64,000 nt of DNA from the human T2T-CHM13v2.0 reference genome, Homo sapiens, in the NCBI RefSeq assembly GCF_009914755.1, contig NC_060925.1. One strand, written 5' to 3'. Shown here piece by piece: positions 12,661-26,404 of the stretch (the first letter of the stretch is position 1; the number at the start of each line of letters is the position of its first letter). A program made the position numbers and the translations under genes. The notes under the pieces were generated by a model that did not search any database, was not told where the DNA came from, and worked only from the letters and a program-made list of their open reading frames with translations.

Positions 12661-14544
12661 ATATACCAGAGACTATCTCACACATGTGTGAGAATGCAGC
12701 AGAATGTTCATAGAAACATTGCTTATGGTGGTTAGCACTCACAAAGGATTCAGATTCTCAAATCACCTAAAAGAATTAGGAATCTTACCCAATATCCAGT
12801 TCTACTAGTAATTCATAGATACAATAAATCAAGAAACTATGATGAAGCAGGTGGAGGTTCAGGGCATTGATAGTGGCTCTCCAGATCCTCTAATGATTTT
12901 TGAAATAATTGAGTCATACAACATCCACAGAGGACTTAAAGCAGTATCTACTGCATAAAAGGCACACATCATTTTTGTTTTTAACTAATGACAAAAAGAG
13001 CAAACATAAAAATATTAAGTCTCTGATGCTCATGAATCTAGACAAAATAATAAAATAATTTCTGTAAAAACAATTGAAGTTGTAGTAAAATATATATTTG
13101 TTTTAACTTTTAAAAGATAAATTAAAACCAATATAAAATATATATTTCAGTTTTTATTTTTTAGTTTACTCCAAAAATTAAATATCATAATTTGCATGAT
13201 TGTTACTGCAAGTGTTCAAAGTAGCTCATAATTATATAACACTACTAAGTTTTTTCCCATATAAAAAATGAAAAATGCATATTCTCTGTTAATCCCTTTT
13301 CTCACCAGTAACTTCTGCTTTTCTTTATTTAGAATATAGACTGATTGAAGTAGCCTAATTTCAGTCATGGAGACTATAGTCATGAGTTTGGTCAACATTC
13401 TAAGGATATATAATCTGAAATCATTTCAGTATGGGCTGAGAAATTTTGACTTCACTATCTTTTAAGTATAGCAAAATATTACTCAAATAAATTTCAGTGA
13501 ACAAAGTAGCGTATGATTAAAAATACAAAGACTAAAAACGTGAACTCTAAGCTTCTTTTCATTTATCTTTGCAGTTCCAAACACAGGAGACAGCAGCTCT
13601 GTTTCTCCTTGCTTTATTGCACTTTATGTTTTAGTGCCTGTCATTTTCATCATACTTCTTTCAGTTTCTTTCATGACTTTTTGACATAGAGCATGAGAGT
13701 AATCTATACCTGATGAAGACCCTGCAGAGGAAAGCCATTTCTGTTGAATGAACCACCACATAAAGAAAAGATATTCCAAAGCTGAACTTAAAATCCAAGG
13801 CCAGGGTGGAGGGCTGGATTGAGGGGATCATGTCAACAACTCTCTGTTAAACAAGTCTCCACCTCAGCAATCATGAAAATCACTTTCAGGCAGACTTTCC
13901 CGGAGATTGTTTATTTGTTCCTTAGGTGTCTTACCTGAATGTTGATGCCTTTTTTTGCCCATTTTCCGTGCTCTCAAAACTTGGTAGTTTTCTTTGTTTC
14001 AGATTATTCTGTTAGCCGAGGAGGTTTAAGGCCATTCATTCTGATTTTTGCATATCCATGACAAATATCTACTTTTTGCTTTGGAAAGGATATTTTGATC
14101 TACTCAGTCATTATGAGACACTAAAAAACACTTTTTTTTGTAAATTTAGGAGTCTTTCCAGTGCAGCAGACTTCTTTTGGAAGTAGAAATGAAGCATAAT
14201 CTTTTTCTGGTTTTTGTGAATATGTTTAGTTATGGAAACTTCATGCTTCCAGCCTCTTAAAAGAGTTATTCTCACCCCTAACCTACTTCTGATCTGTCAT
14301 TTTCTAAACAGCTGAAGCCTTATGTTTATTTCTATTTTTGTTTTAATTGCCATACATTCTATAGGTTACTAGAATACTAAAGTTATAAATTGTTTGGATT
14401 TTCTCATATCTAGACATACCACAATGTTCTTAAATCTAGTACAATCAGAAAACCAAATAACCCATGGTCTCAGAGACCCTTTATATCTTAAGAATTTTAA
14501 AATACTAGAAAATGTTACTCCTCAGCACATCATATATTTTAAGG

Positions 14545-14874
14545 TAGTGGTCCCCAACATTTTTGGACCAGGGACCAGTTCCATAGAATACAATTTTTTT
14601 TCCACTGTGGGTGGAATGGTTTGGATGAAACCAATGGTTTCAGATCATCAGGCATTAGACTCTCATAAGGAGAACACAACCTATATCCCTCACATGTGTG
14701 GTTCACAATAAGGTTTGCATTCCTGTGAACATCTAATGCCACCACTAATCTGACAGGAGGCAGAGGTCAGGGGGTAATGTACACTTGCTGGCTGCTCACC
14801 TCCTACTGTGCTGCTGGGTTCCTAACAGGCCACAGACAGGTACTGATCTGCAGTCTGGGTGTTGGGGACCCCTG
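14545..14874. mobile_element. MER1B-like hAT-Charlie non-autonomous DNA transposon
   Basis: Terminal inverted repeats (T)AGTGGTCCCCAAC ... GTTGGGGACCCCTG; internal CAGATCATCAGGCATTAGA.TCTCATAAGGAG; TTTAAGG present on both flanks. Confidence 0.85.
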
Positions 14875-17449
14875 CAAGTTTAAGGTATAATAATGGTTAT
14901 TGAATGAGCATAATATTACAATATGTTCTTTAATTTGCTCTGGCATAGTTCAATTCCTTCACAAGCTGTATATTCAATACTTAGCAACACATGATATAGA
15001 GTAACCTGTTTCCTTCAATATGATTTCCAATTATAACTCAGAATATTCTTTGGAATCATTATATTCTATAATCCTGCCAATTTGCATCATTTACAGTTTT
15101 ACTTCTCCTTTGGAAGACACAATTCTTTACAAATTCACACTTCATTTGTTGTTTGTAGAAAACAACCATACTGCCAGTAGTATTTTCTGAATTCCTTCTG
15201 TAAACTGCTACTTAAATACTGGCGTGGCCAAATGTGCATGGCTTTGGGCAAAGTCAAGATGCACAATATATAGCCTTGTACAAAGTTAAATTAAAATTGT
15301 TTATTTTTATATACATGTAAGATGCTAAAATGTTTTCTTGATAGAGAAAAGGAAACCCAATTCTTGTAGTAGATGAACTCAAATTAATTGTCTATAACTA
15401 TAATATTTTGATGTAAATAGAGATAATGAAAATATTGGATGTAATTTACCAAGGACAATCCAACATATAAAATTGTCTGAATTGTGATTATAATTTATAT
15501 CCTAAAATATCATAACTGAATGATAATATACTTCTCAATAACAAATATGTTAAAATGAATCTTTTTTATTAAAAAATTGTTATAACCCAGTCATGTTGAT
15601 TTAATGAGTACTAAACAGCATTATTTATTTAGTACTGATTAAATTTAGTATATATATAGTTATATATTTCAGCACTAAATTATATAGATATATCAGTATG
15701 AAATAATATATCTAAATTATTAAATGTTATATATTATTATATATTATATTATATATAATTATATATATAAATTCCTCTAGTTTAAGTTAAACATTAACAT
15801 TGTAATAGATTGAAAAAATTTAAAAGCCATTGATAAGCAATACATTTTAATATCACTCTCAGATTATAATCATAACCCTTTGTTCTAATTAATTCAATAT
15901 CATGTCTCTAAAAATAACCAAATAGAGATAAAGACCTAATAAGTTCTTTTAGATAAAATTGTTTTAAAACCTGGAATTGAGAATATATAATAATATGGAA
16001 ATTTGGGTAAGCAATGTTTCCTTTTATAAATTTAGAGCTAATGACATTGTTAATATTTACAGATTTACTAATATGTATATAATTGCACTTCATGAAATTC
16101 TTTTAAAGAACAATTTGGAAATTTTCATTTTAAAAGTCAAAGAATTCATCACAGTATATTACCTTTTATAAAAAATACTGAAAATTCTACATGGTCTCTA
16201 TCGGGTGGTACTTATCACCTAGCAAATATTTTAGTTTTTAATGTTCCAATAATATAAAACATTTTATCTTTTTTTCCTTCTCTCCTCTTTCCCTTCTCCT
16301 CCCTCATGCTTTTTTTTCCTCTCTTATTCCACCCCATATAACAATGTCTCTTTTTTTTACCTCTCTCTTTCAGTCTCCCTCCAGATTTGCACATGTGTGA
16401 ACACTTGCACACACACATACATACAGAGATAGAATAGTTAAAAGCACATTTTGAAGCAACAGTGCTTGCCTTTGAACACTAGCAATGGTTATTGCTAGAT
16501 GTGTGACATTGGGATAATTACTTAATGACTATCAGTTTTCTCATCTAACACAGAGATAATGGAAAATCTATCTCACGTAATTATAATACAATTTGAATGT
16601 GCTATGTAAAACATTTAAGTCAGTGCCTGAGACACTGCAAAATCCATTTTTAAAAAGTTTTTTTCCATAACCAACCACCAGATATTGACATATGAAGAAA
16701 ATTAAAACGGGGTCATATTGACATATGCATCCTTGAAAATCAGGATATCTTCCTGGGTAAGACATTTAAGTTGTAGGTGGGGTATATATGCTATAATGAG
16801 TAGCTGGGATGATAGTGAGTAGCTGGGACCTTGAAATCCAAGTTAGCATGATTCAGTCTAATGTACACTGAATTTGTAAATGTTGTGCATGTGTATATTT
16901 ATATATGAACATGTATAAATAGATGTTGAAGAATAGGAAGGTGCATAAATAGATGTTGTAGGTCTTAAATCTAGATGATCAGAACTGAAATAATGATAGG
17001 TTTTAAACTTGGAGAACATACTTAAGAACATGGGAATAATTAAATTTAACTTTATGTTATCTTAATATTTAAAGAGTACATCACCATGACTTTCAAAAGA
17101 AAAAACAAACAAAAACCTTTTTTACTATTTTGCAGGATTTATTGGCAAGGGTAAGTATTAGACACTGGATTCAATTGTTTTTACAGCTGTGATTTTTCTA
17201 AAACAGCATTGGTTCTCACAAGCAAATTTTTTACTGAATTATTTTATGGTCCTGCAAACCAAAACACTATGGTAAATCTTTTAAGATTGGGTAGGCAAGG
17301 TACTGATTATAGCAGACAGTTTTTTGATTTCTTCTTAGGCTACAATGGCTCCTATGATTTCTTCCTAAGCTACAACATCTCCTAGAATGTACCTTTGATT
17401 GTGTGTAATTTCTAATTCCAACCTTGCAGTAGTTGATTGCAGTAGATAA

Positions 17450-17774
<325 letters not shown>

Positions 17775-18319
17775 GACTATGACATTCTTTTTCTTAGGAA
17801 TGTGCAATCTGAACTCAGTTGCTGTTAGTTTCCTTTAGTAGCTAGAACTAAACTGACTTAAATTTAAGAGTTAAGGGGCAAGAATGCATATGGGGGAGAA
17901 GCTGCAGATCCAGCCAGTAGAGAGAAAAGAATAAGGCAAAGAAGCACAGAGAGTAGAAAAGAAAAATAATGTTGCAGACTCAACAAAATGGTGAGAAAAT
18001 AATTCTTAGAATCCTGGCAGCTTTTAGTCCCTGATCTAAACATTCCTGGCTTATAGTTATTGCAGTCTTGGGATACTGCAAGATACCAGTTGCCTTCTAG
18101 CATAATCAATGGTTTTGTTTAAACTAGTAGATTTAAGTACAATAGTAATGAATATCCTATTAAGCTGAATTTATTGCAAGAATTTTTTTCAAATTTGTAT
18201 ACTTTTTGTTACTTGAAATAATAAAAATTAAACTTCTATAACTATCATGTGATAATTATGGAAAATTATATATGCTATATGTAATATATTTGGACAAAAT
18301 TATAAATCTGTAAATAAAA

Positions 18320-18550
18320 TAATAGCTGATATTTGTTGAAGAGTTATTGTGCATCAGATTCTGTTATTAAACACATTTGATTGTATTAACACATTTAATT
18401 CCTCAATAACCTTATGAGGTAAATATATCACTACTGTTTTATACATGAGGAAATTGTGGTGTCTTGTTCAAGATCAGTCATCTAGTTACAGGCAGAATTT
18501 GAGATTGCATCCCAAAAGTCACACCCCAGAGCCCATATTCTTAATCATTA
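18320..18550 (-). mobile_element. MIR SINE remnant
   Basis: AATAGCTGATATTTGTTGAA..CATTTAATTCCTCAATAACCTTATGAGGTA..TTTTATACATGAGGAAATTG matches the MIR core in antisense. Confidence 0.65.
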
Positions 18551-18949
18551 TTTGTTGGGCTCAGCTTCCTGTATTTGTCCACTGAATTAAGATTATAATA
18601 TTTTAAAAATCATATATTCTTAAAAAAAACTTTGGACATTTGAGCTATTACAATCTAGGTGATTTTTATCATTTGTCAAATATAACTATAGACTTGTCAA
18701 TTTCTTTTTGCAATTCTGTCAATTTTTACATACATTAATAGTATATAATTAGGTATACATAGATTCAGTATTGTTATGACTTACTAGAAAATGGTAATTA
18801 AATCTATCAATATTTGATCTCTTTTTTTATTATTGCATCTTGTATTCCACTATTTTCTTTTGAATTTGTTTTCCTTCTTACTAAAGTACTTTAAATTATT
18901 CTTGTAATGAAGATGTGTGAATTATAAAGTCACTCAGTGTTTGAGAATA

Positions 18950-19319
18950 CAGTTACATGCTTTGGTCAATGAGGGATTCCACATAAAATGGTGGTTCCAT
19001 AAGATTACAATGGACAGAAAAAATTTCTGTCAAAGTTACACTTTGTAACTGTCATAATTTCATCATGCAACACATTACCTTTCCTGTGGTTAGATACACA
19101 AATATCATTGTGTTACAATTGCCTGCAGGATTCAGTACAGAAACATGCTGTACACTTTTGTAACTTAGAGGCAATAGGCTATACCATATAGCCTAGGTTT
19201 TTAGTAGGCTATACCGTCTAGGTTTGTTTAAATATATTCTATAATGTTCAAAAAATGACAAAATTGCCTAATGACATGTTTCTCAGAATGTATCTCCATC
19301 TTTAAGCAAAGCATGACTG
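18950..19319. mobile_element. Tigger3-derived MITE (TcMar-Tigger)
   Basis: TA flanks, termini CAGTTACATGC / GCATGACTG, and internal GCAATAGGCTATACCATATAGCCTAGG..TAGGCTATACC.TCTAGGTTTG. Confidence 0.8.
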
Positions 19320-22300
19320 TATTAATTTTACTTTTGTTCTTCAATGGTAATTGAAATGAGTTTAGAAACCAAGACTGAGAGTCATTTTTCTTATTCATTT
19401 GGTGTTTTTGTTCATCTGTTGTTGTTGATTGGAAGTATGCTGTTAATTTAACATTTATTTGTCCTTCTAGAATATGCACTTTTCCCATGTAATTTCTATG
19501 TGTTCATTTGACTTTGTCGCACTTTTTTTATTTGTACTTCTTATCTCATTCATTAAATATTTTATTTCAGCACATCTCTTTTTTATCAGTGAGAAGTCCT
19601 ACTTGGATCATTTTTAACTTTACTTTTTCTTAATTCAAACTCTTTAATTTTGTCCTTCTTTCAGTTTAAGAATGTGTTTCATAATGTTTTATTGTTTTAT
19701 GGTTTGAGATTGCTGAATATCCCATTTCTTCTCTTAACTGACTCTTTTTGTGGTTATTTGGTCCATGCATGTTTTTATGTATTTATTTTTCTTTAATTGT
19801 GGGTGGAGTTGACACTTTCCAAGTGAGTCTTGTATGTCTAAAATTGTGAAAGTATGTACATATTACTTCAAAAGTCACCAGATATTTAATACCTCTGGGC
19901 TTTTTTGTATAATTTTAGAAGTTATGGATTTCTTTTCAAACAGGTTGTTTAAACATTTTTTCTGCAGTTTGTTTTCTTTGTGTGGACAAGGATTTGTTTT
20001 GTTTTGTGATGTTTTTGTTTTGTTTTGTTTTGTTTTGTTTGTCCTCTACTCAAAATCCACTGTGAAGGTTAAGGTTCCTTGCTGCTGTTCAAGGCTTCTG
20101 GATAAAGTTTATTTTATTCTCAGCTGTGGAAAAGGTAAAGAAGTCTAATGTCCCTGGCTTTGGTGCCACGCTTAATGCTTAAACATCTCTCAGCCCATAG
20201 CCCTCTGGGATAAGTATAGTCTGAATTTAGTTTGGTGTAGCAAAGCATCAGATCTCCCTACCTATTCTTATTTCAATTTGTTTCTCAGTTTCTAGCGTCT
20301 TGTAGGTCCTTTATTTTGTGTACAATTTTATCAGTTAATTATAAAATATGTTCTATGTATTTCATAGGGAATTTCTAAAACTTGGAAAAAACAAACAGCC
20401 CATCCTTTTCAACTGAATCCATCATCTACCAGAAGTCTGTCATTCATATTGTACTTCAAAATTGTTATTGATTTTAATATAATTTAACTAACCACTTAAT
20501 TTTCTGATTAAGTCAGAAATGTTAAGTGTTTCTTTTGAATTTTCAAAAAAGTTTAATGAAGTCTTCTACTACTACTGATAATAATTTATTTCTGTTATAG
20601 ATGTCCCATTTCTTGGATTATCATGTTGGCTCCAATTCAGAGGAATATGAATTGAAAATAGTACTTATAGATAGCCTTGATTTTTCATTAACATTAAGGA
20701 TAATTTTAGTATTTTCCCATTAAATATATGATGGATCTTTATTGAGACAGAAGATTTTTTTATTACATTAAAACATGCCTTTTATTATATATTTCTCTTT
20801 GGGCTTTCCCCTCACCTTATTAGATATTCTTATGTTTTAAATCTGTTTTCACAAATATATTTATAATGCTATGGTGTTCTTTACTTGTTAGCTATAAATC
20901 TATAAATTTGTTGAAATAAATTAATATATTTTCTATTATCAACCAGTGTTTGCAGAATAAACTCTACTTAGTCAAAGCATATTCATTTTGTAATAACTAG
21001 TAGGATCCATTTACAAGTATTTAAATTGACATTTATTATGCCATAAATTGACATATATGATAATAATTATCCTTATCAGTTATACTTTTATGTGCATGTG
21101 TGCATAATATACATTTGTTTAGAACTTGTGAGTTTTAATTTACGTTTCATATTTTCAAATATTAATTTATGTATTTGATATATGCATGTATATATAAATA
21201 TATATTTAAACTATATAAGAGTTGAACCAGTTTAGAGAAAATATATGCAGTATCAGTGAAAGTATGTCATTGCAAGCAATATAAATTTGCTTTGTAAGTA
21301 TTGAAATATGTTATCATAAAATGTACTTAAAGATCACTGGGCAGTTCGTGAATCTCTAGAAAGAGAACCAGGGTTTGGATTGAAATCCAATAACAATTTT
21401 TTTAAAATCATGTAGCAGACTTCTTTCAGTTAAAAAAAAATCTCCCTTACTACTTTAGAAACACTGGATGTGTTTACCTTTTACAACCATCTGTATTTCT
21501 GGCAATGTTTTCTTTAGCTTGGTAAAATTTGTGGTTTGTCTATCACTAAGATGCATAAAGTACAGAAAGGGTTCAGTTACTAGGAAGCACAGAGGAAAGA
21601 CAAATATCTTGGTTATTTTAAATAAATTACTTATTAAAATTATGTAAGCCACTGGAAAAATTACAGTGTGTGATTTAATCATTCTTCTGATGAAAGAATT
21701 TTCTTCTTCCTGAGCATAGAAATCAGCAAATTGTATAGACTGGGAAGATCATAAGACCAGAAGCATACTGCTGGTTCCAGGTTTTGGTTTCCATATGGGT
21801 TTGTTGCCCAATTTTGTTACATAAGACTCTGTGATTTCCTTAAAGGAATGCTCTGAAAGATGTTTATTCTTTGATGCTGATGCTATAAAGAAACAGATCT
21901 ACAAGGAAGCCACACTTCCAGGACATTGGAAGCAAGCGGGATGCAATGCAGCTGAGATCCAGGCAGGAGTAGAGGCAAGAGGTAAAATAAATGTCTTGGA
22001 GGCCCAAGTTCATGACTCTACTCTTGTCTCACACAGCAATACTGGTTCCAATTATGTGAGGCCAAAATCTGTGTTGCTGGAGTTTTTGTTTGTTTGGCAC
22101 TGTGGGACTCATGACTAAATTCCTTTTTCTCTGTGTCTCCCTGGATTATCATTCGACAATTTTTCAATGCCTTTTTGCATTAATTTGGAAAATATATAGG
22201 ATATTATCCAGATTATTGAGAACTTCAAATATATTGCCATAGAGTTTTAAATAAATCTTACACTTTAACATTTAGATCAATTTTATTTTATTTTATATTA

Positions 22301-24121
22301 TTTTGGAATCCATAGACACAAGTGCATACATCAGTTTTATAATTAATTTTTCTAAGTGGTATATGGTAAGATAGTTTTTTTTTCTGGTTCTTTTTTTCCG
22401 AATATGTATATTCAATTATTCCAGCACCATTTGTTGTCAAGTCTATCCTTTCCATCAACTATATTAGTTAAAATGTATACATATTAAAAAATTATAATTG
22501 GTCTACAGAAATATTAACTTCAGCCCACCCCTAGATATCAGAATATGACATGTAATGGGCAAAGGAAAACCCGGGCTCGCAGTTAAAGCAAATGACATTA
22601 GTATTGTATGTAACGGCCCATAAAACAGAAAGGCAAGTGCTCTGGAATAGCTAATTGATTTTAAGTATTAAAGTACAACTGCAGAAATTAAAAACAATTG
22701 TCTTGTATGTCACATAGCTTATGTAGTTTCAAATGTGCCCAAGGACTCTAATATGCAATAATAAATCAATCAGAGAGAAGACATCTGAATTTTGATTTGT
22801 GCTAGAGATTTATGACCTTTTTCTACTTTGTAAGGAGAACATACTGTCATCTAAAAGTACGTTTTTGCATATGAATGATGAATATCCATGCATGCCTACA
22901 GAAAGGAAAATTTAATTAGAAAAGATTCTAATTTTAATTGAAGAACAAAGTTGTTTGCTTTTGATTTGAACCTGCTTTCAGAAATTCTTACATCTTCTCT
23001 CCAGAAACTGCATTTAATTGCCTTTAATAAAATTCAGAGAAGTGCACCTTTAAGGACAGGTGATGGTACACCTGTGGAGACAAAGCATAGGCTACTAATG
23101 AGAATAAAAAGACAAAGAAGCAGTGTCTGTAAGATTTACTACAAACTTAACCTCATGCTCACTTCAGTTTTTCTACTTTTACCTCACTCGAAGTATTGGG
23201 TTTTTGCTTGAATTTAAAAATTCATCTTCAGATCAATAATTTACCTATCAATGAGCTGCTCTTATTTATTTTATCTCAAATATCTAAATGTGGATATTCC
23301 TTCACAAATCCTCTCATGTGCACTAGAGTCTAGTGATTTACCTAGATATACTTGGCTTTTTAGAATCTAATTAATTCCTGATTCCATATTTTAGTGTAAG
23401 AATTCTTACTGTTCTCAGATGCATAGTGTTTCACATCATTTTTGCCTGGGGCAAGGAGATTGACTTCATTGGGAGTTGAGAGAAACTTCCAGGGTAATGG
23501 AATTGTTCTAGCTCTTGTTGCAGATGGTTATTACATAGGTGTATGTGATTGTCAAAACTCATCAAATTCTACACTTTAAAAATGAACATTTTATTTTATA
23601 TTAATTAGACCCTAATTTACAAAAGTAACAGGAGTGAAATTGAAGTCAACAAATATAGACTACACTTTTGAGGAATTTCATTTTGATGAGAGTATATAAC
23701 CAGCAATTGATGAGTTCTATGAAGTTATAAGAGATTTATTATTATTAAGATTGAAGAAGTGACAACAATTTTGTTTTCTGATAAAATAGTTGTTAGAAAA
23801 ATAAATAATGAATATGCAATAGAAGAGGCAAAGAATGTAGTAAGAGTGCTTCAGTGTAAGCAAGAGTAGAAGGGATTTAGTACACTTGGCATGGGTTGGC
23901 CTCAAATAGGGACAGTGGCTGTACCATCTATGATGATGAGAGAGAAAGCACAGTTGCAGATTGGTAAATTGTTGGGGTGATAGGAATTTGTGAACATTAT
24001 TGTTTGATTTTTCTCTATTTTATTATTCAGATAGAGAAGCATGTATTAGAAGTTTGAGGAGATTGGCTGCATTTAATACTAGGTGAGAGAAAATTCAATG
24101 ATAACCCTGCCTTAGTATTTT

Positions 24122-24440
24122 CTTATTTAAATTTTTTATTTTTTCATTGATTTTAAGTTCTGGGCTACCTGACTTCAAATTATACTACAAGGCTACAGTA
24201 ACCAAAACAGCATGGCACTGATACCAAAACAGACACATAAACCAATGGAACAGAATAGAGAACTCAAAAATAAGACTGCACACCTACAACCATCCAATCT
24301 TCTACAAACCTGACGAAAACAAGCAATGCAAGCAATGTGGTGAGGATTCCCTATTTAATAAATGGTGCTGGGAGAACTGGGTAGCCATATGCAGAAAATT
24401 GAAACTGGACCCCTTACTTATACCTCATGCAAAAATTAAG
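24122..24440 (-). mobile_element. Short inverted L1P insertion: antisense tail and 3' terminus joined to a sense ORF2 fragment
   Basis: T-rich tail plus TTTTAAGTTCTGGG (reverse of the L1 end CCCAGAACTTAAAA) at 24122-24164, joined to sense ORF2 CTACCTGACTTCAAA..AAAAATTAA at 24165-24439; flanked by TG(C/A)CTTAGTATTTT. Confidence 0.75.
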
Positions 24441-24450
24441 TGACTTAGTA

Positions 24451-24748
24451 TTTTTTTTTTTTTTTTTGAGATGGAGTCTCACTCTGTCACCCAGGCTGGA
24501 GTGCAATGGCGCGATCTCCACTCATTACAACCTCCGCCTCCCGGGTTCAAGTGATTCTTCTGTGTCAGCCTCCTGAGTAGCTGGGATTATATGCACACAT
24601 CACTGCGCTGGGAAAATTTTTGTATTTTTAGTAGAGATGGGGTTTCACCATGTTGGCCAGGCTGCTTTTGAACTCCTGACCTCAGGTGATCTGCCTGCCT
24701 CAGCCTCCCAAAGTGCTGGTATTACAGGTGTGAGCCACCACAACTGGC
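24451..24748 (-). mobile_element. AluS, full length
   Basis: T17 tail and dimeric Alu; flanks TGACTTAGTATTTT / TGACTTCATATTTT. Confidence 0.93.
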
Positions 24749-25951
24749 TGACTTCATATTTTTAATCAATTCTGTGCTTTACCTATTTGTTGTGGTTACT
24801 GTATAACATAGATCAAAATCTCCCAGAATAGTAGAGACTTTCTTAGAATGGTTTCTTGATATATTTATTCTATGCAAAATAAAAATCATTGGTTGGCTAT
24901 TTCTCATAGAATTTTTTTTCAGCTGAATAGAAATGGAGAAAGGTTCTATAGTAAGAACTTAAGTTGTAAGGTATAAAAGTTACATGGCTCTGTGAAAGTT
25001 AGGGCAAGAGATTAAAATTTTTCTCATATAGAAATGATGCATTGTTTCTTCCTGGGAAACATTTACTTTTTCTAAACTCAACTGAGATGTTGCTTTTCTT
25101 TGTGGGTCCCCTTTCTGTTTTTAATTTCCTACTCAGAATTATAATCCCCATCACCTGTATTCCACTGCTACTTTAAGTATATCTCCATCATAACACTCAT
25201 CATAATACATTATAGTTCTTTGTTTACATTACTGTATTCTTAATCAGTTTATGAAGAAATAACAATCTCTAGTTCATTTCCATATTCACAATGTCTAGAA
25301 TGAGGGCATGGAACCAAATTAAGCAATAAAAGTTTATTGCAATGAGTGGAATCCTCTATCCTCTGCTACAAATAAACTCTATTTTAGCATGACTAATGGA
25401 CATAGATTTATCTTCTTTCAAACATATGTTCTTTCACAAATAAAATAGCAATTCATCAGCAGAACTGGCAAAACAATAGCAAAAATATTATAATATTTAA
25501 AATACCAGTAAACTCCTGCAGTGCCAAAACCTAGGAAAATATTAACTATATATTAATTTTACCATTACATATAATCACGTTGTCTAGAGAAAGATATTCA
25601 AAACTAGATATTAATAATATATTTTAATGCTAAAATATATTTAATATTATAACATTGCATACGAATTTAGAATGCCATAAGACATTGGGGATCAAAACCT
25701 TTCTCATACTTTCAAATATATTTTCATGACACAAAGTGGAAAAATATGTTCTATTCCAGGTGGCATTATCCAAATTATGATATTTCTCATTGAAACCACT
25801 GTATTTTTCGCAAAAATAGTCATAAATCTGGGGTTTTCTTACTTAGAACCCTTTTCTTTCTAATCTCTTTAAAATATTTAAAAATGAACTTCAGCTAGGT
25901 GAACTGGATAAGAATTTGGAAGGAAGTCACCAAAATTGTAATGGTGGTTAA

Positions 25952-26404
25952 TTTCATGTGCGTCCGTGTGAAGAGACCACCAAACAGGCTTTGTGTGAGC
26001 AACATGGCTGTTTATTTCACCTGGGTGCAGGCGGGCTGAGTCCATAAAGAGAGTCAGCGAAGGGAGATAGGGGTGGGGCCGTTTTATAGGATTTGGGTAG
26101 GTAAAGGAAAATTACAGTCAAAGGGGGTTTGTTCTGTGGAGGGGAGGAGTGGGGGTCGCAAGGTGCTTAATGGGGGTGCTTTTTGAGCCAGGATGAGCCA
26201 GGAAAAGGACTTTCACAAGGTAATGTCATCACTTAAGGCAAGGACCGGCCATTTACACTTCTTTTGTGGTGGAATGTCATCAGTTAAGGTGGGGCAGGGC
26301 ATATTCACTTCTTTTGTGATTCTTCAGTTACTTCAGGCCATCTGGGTGTATACATGCAAGTCACAGGGGATGCGATGGCTTGGCTTGGGCTGAGAGGCCT
26401 GACA
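25952..26404 (-). repeat. LTR7, 3' LTR of provirus 1
   Basis: 453 bp; poly(A) signal AATAAA (plus TTTATT 26011-26016); adjacent polypurine tract AAGAAGGCAGGAA (plus 26405-26417). Confidence 0.95.

Noticed and set aside
15600-15775. AT-rich quasi-palindromic tract as a structured element
   Set aside because: Low-complexity TA sequence with no specific stem or family signature.
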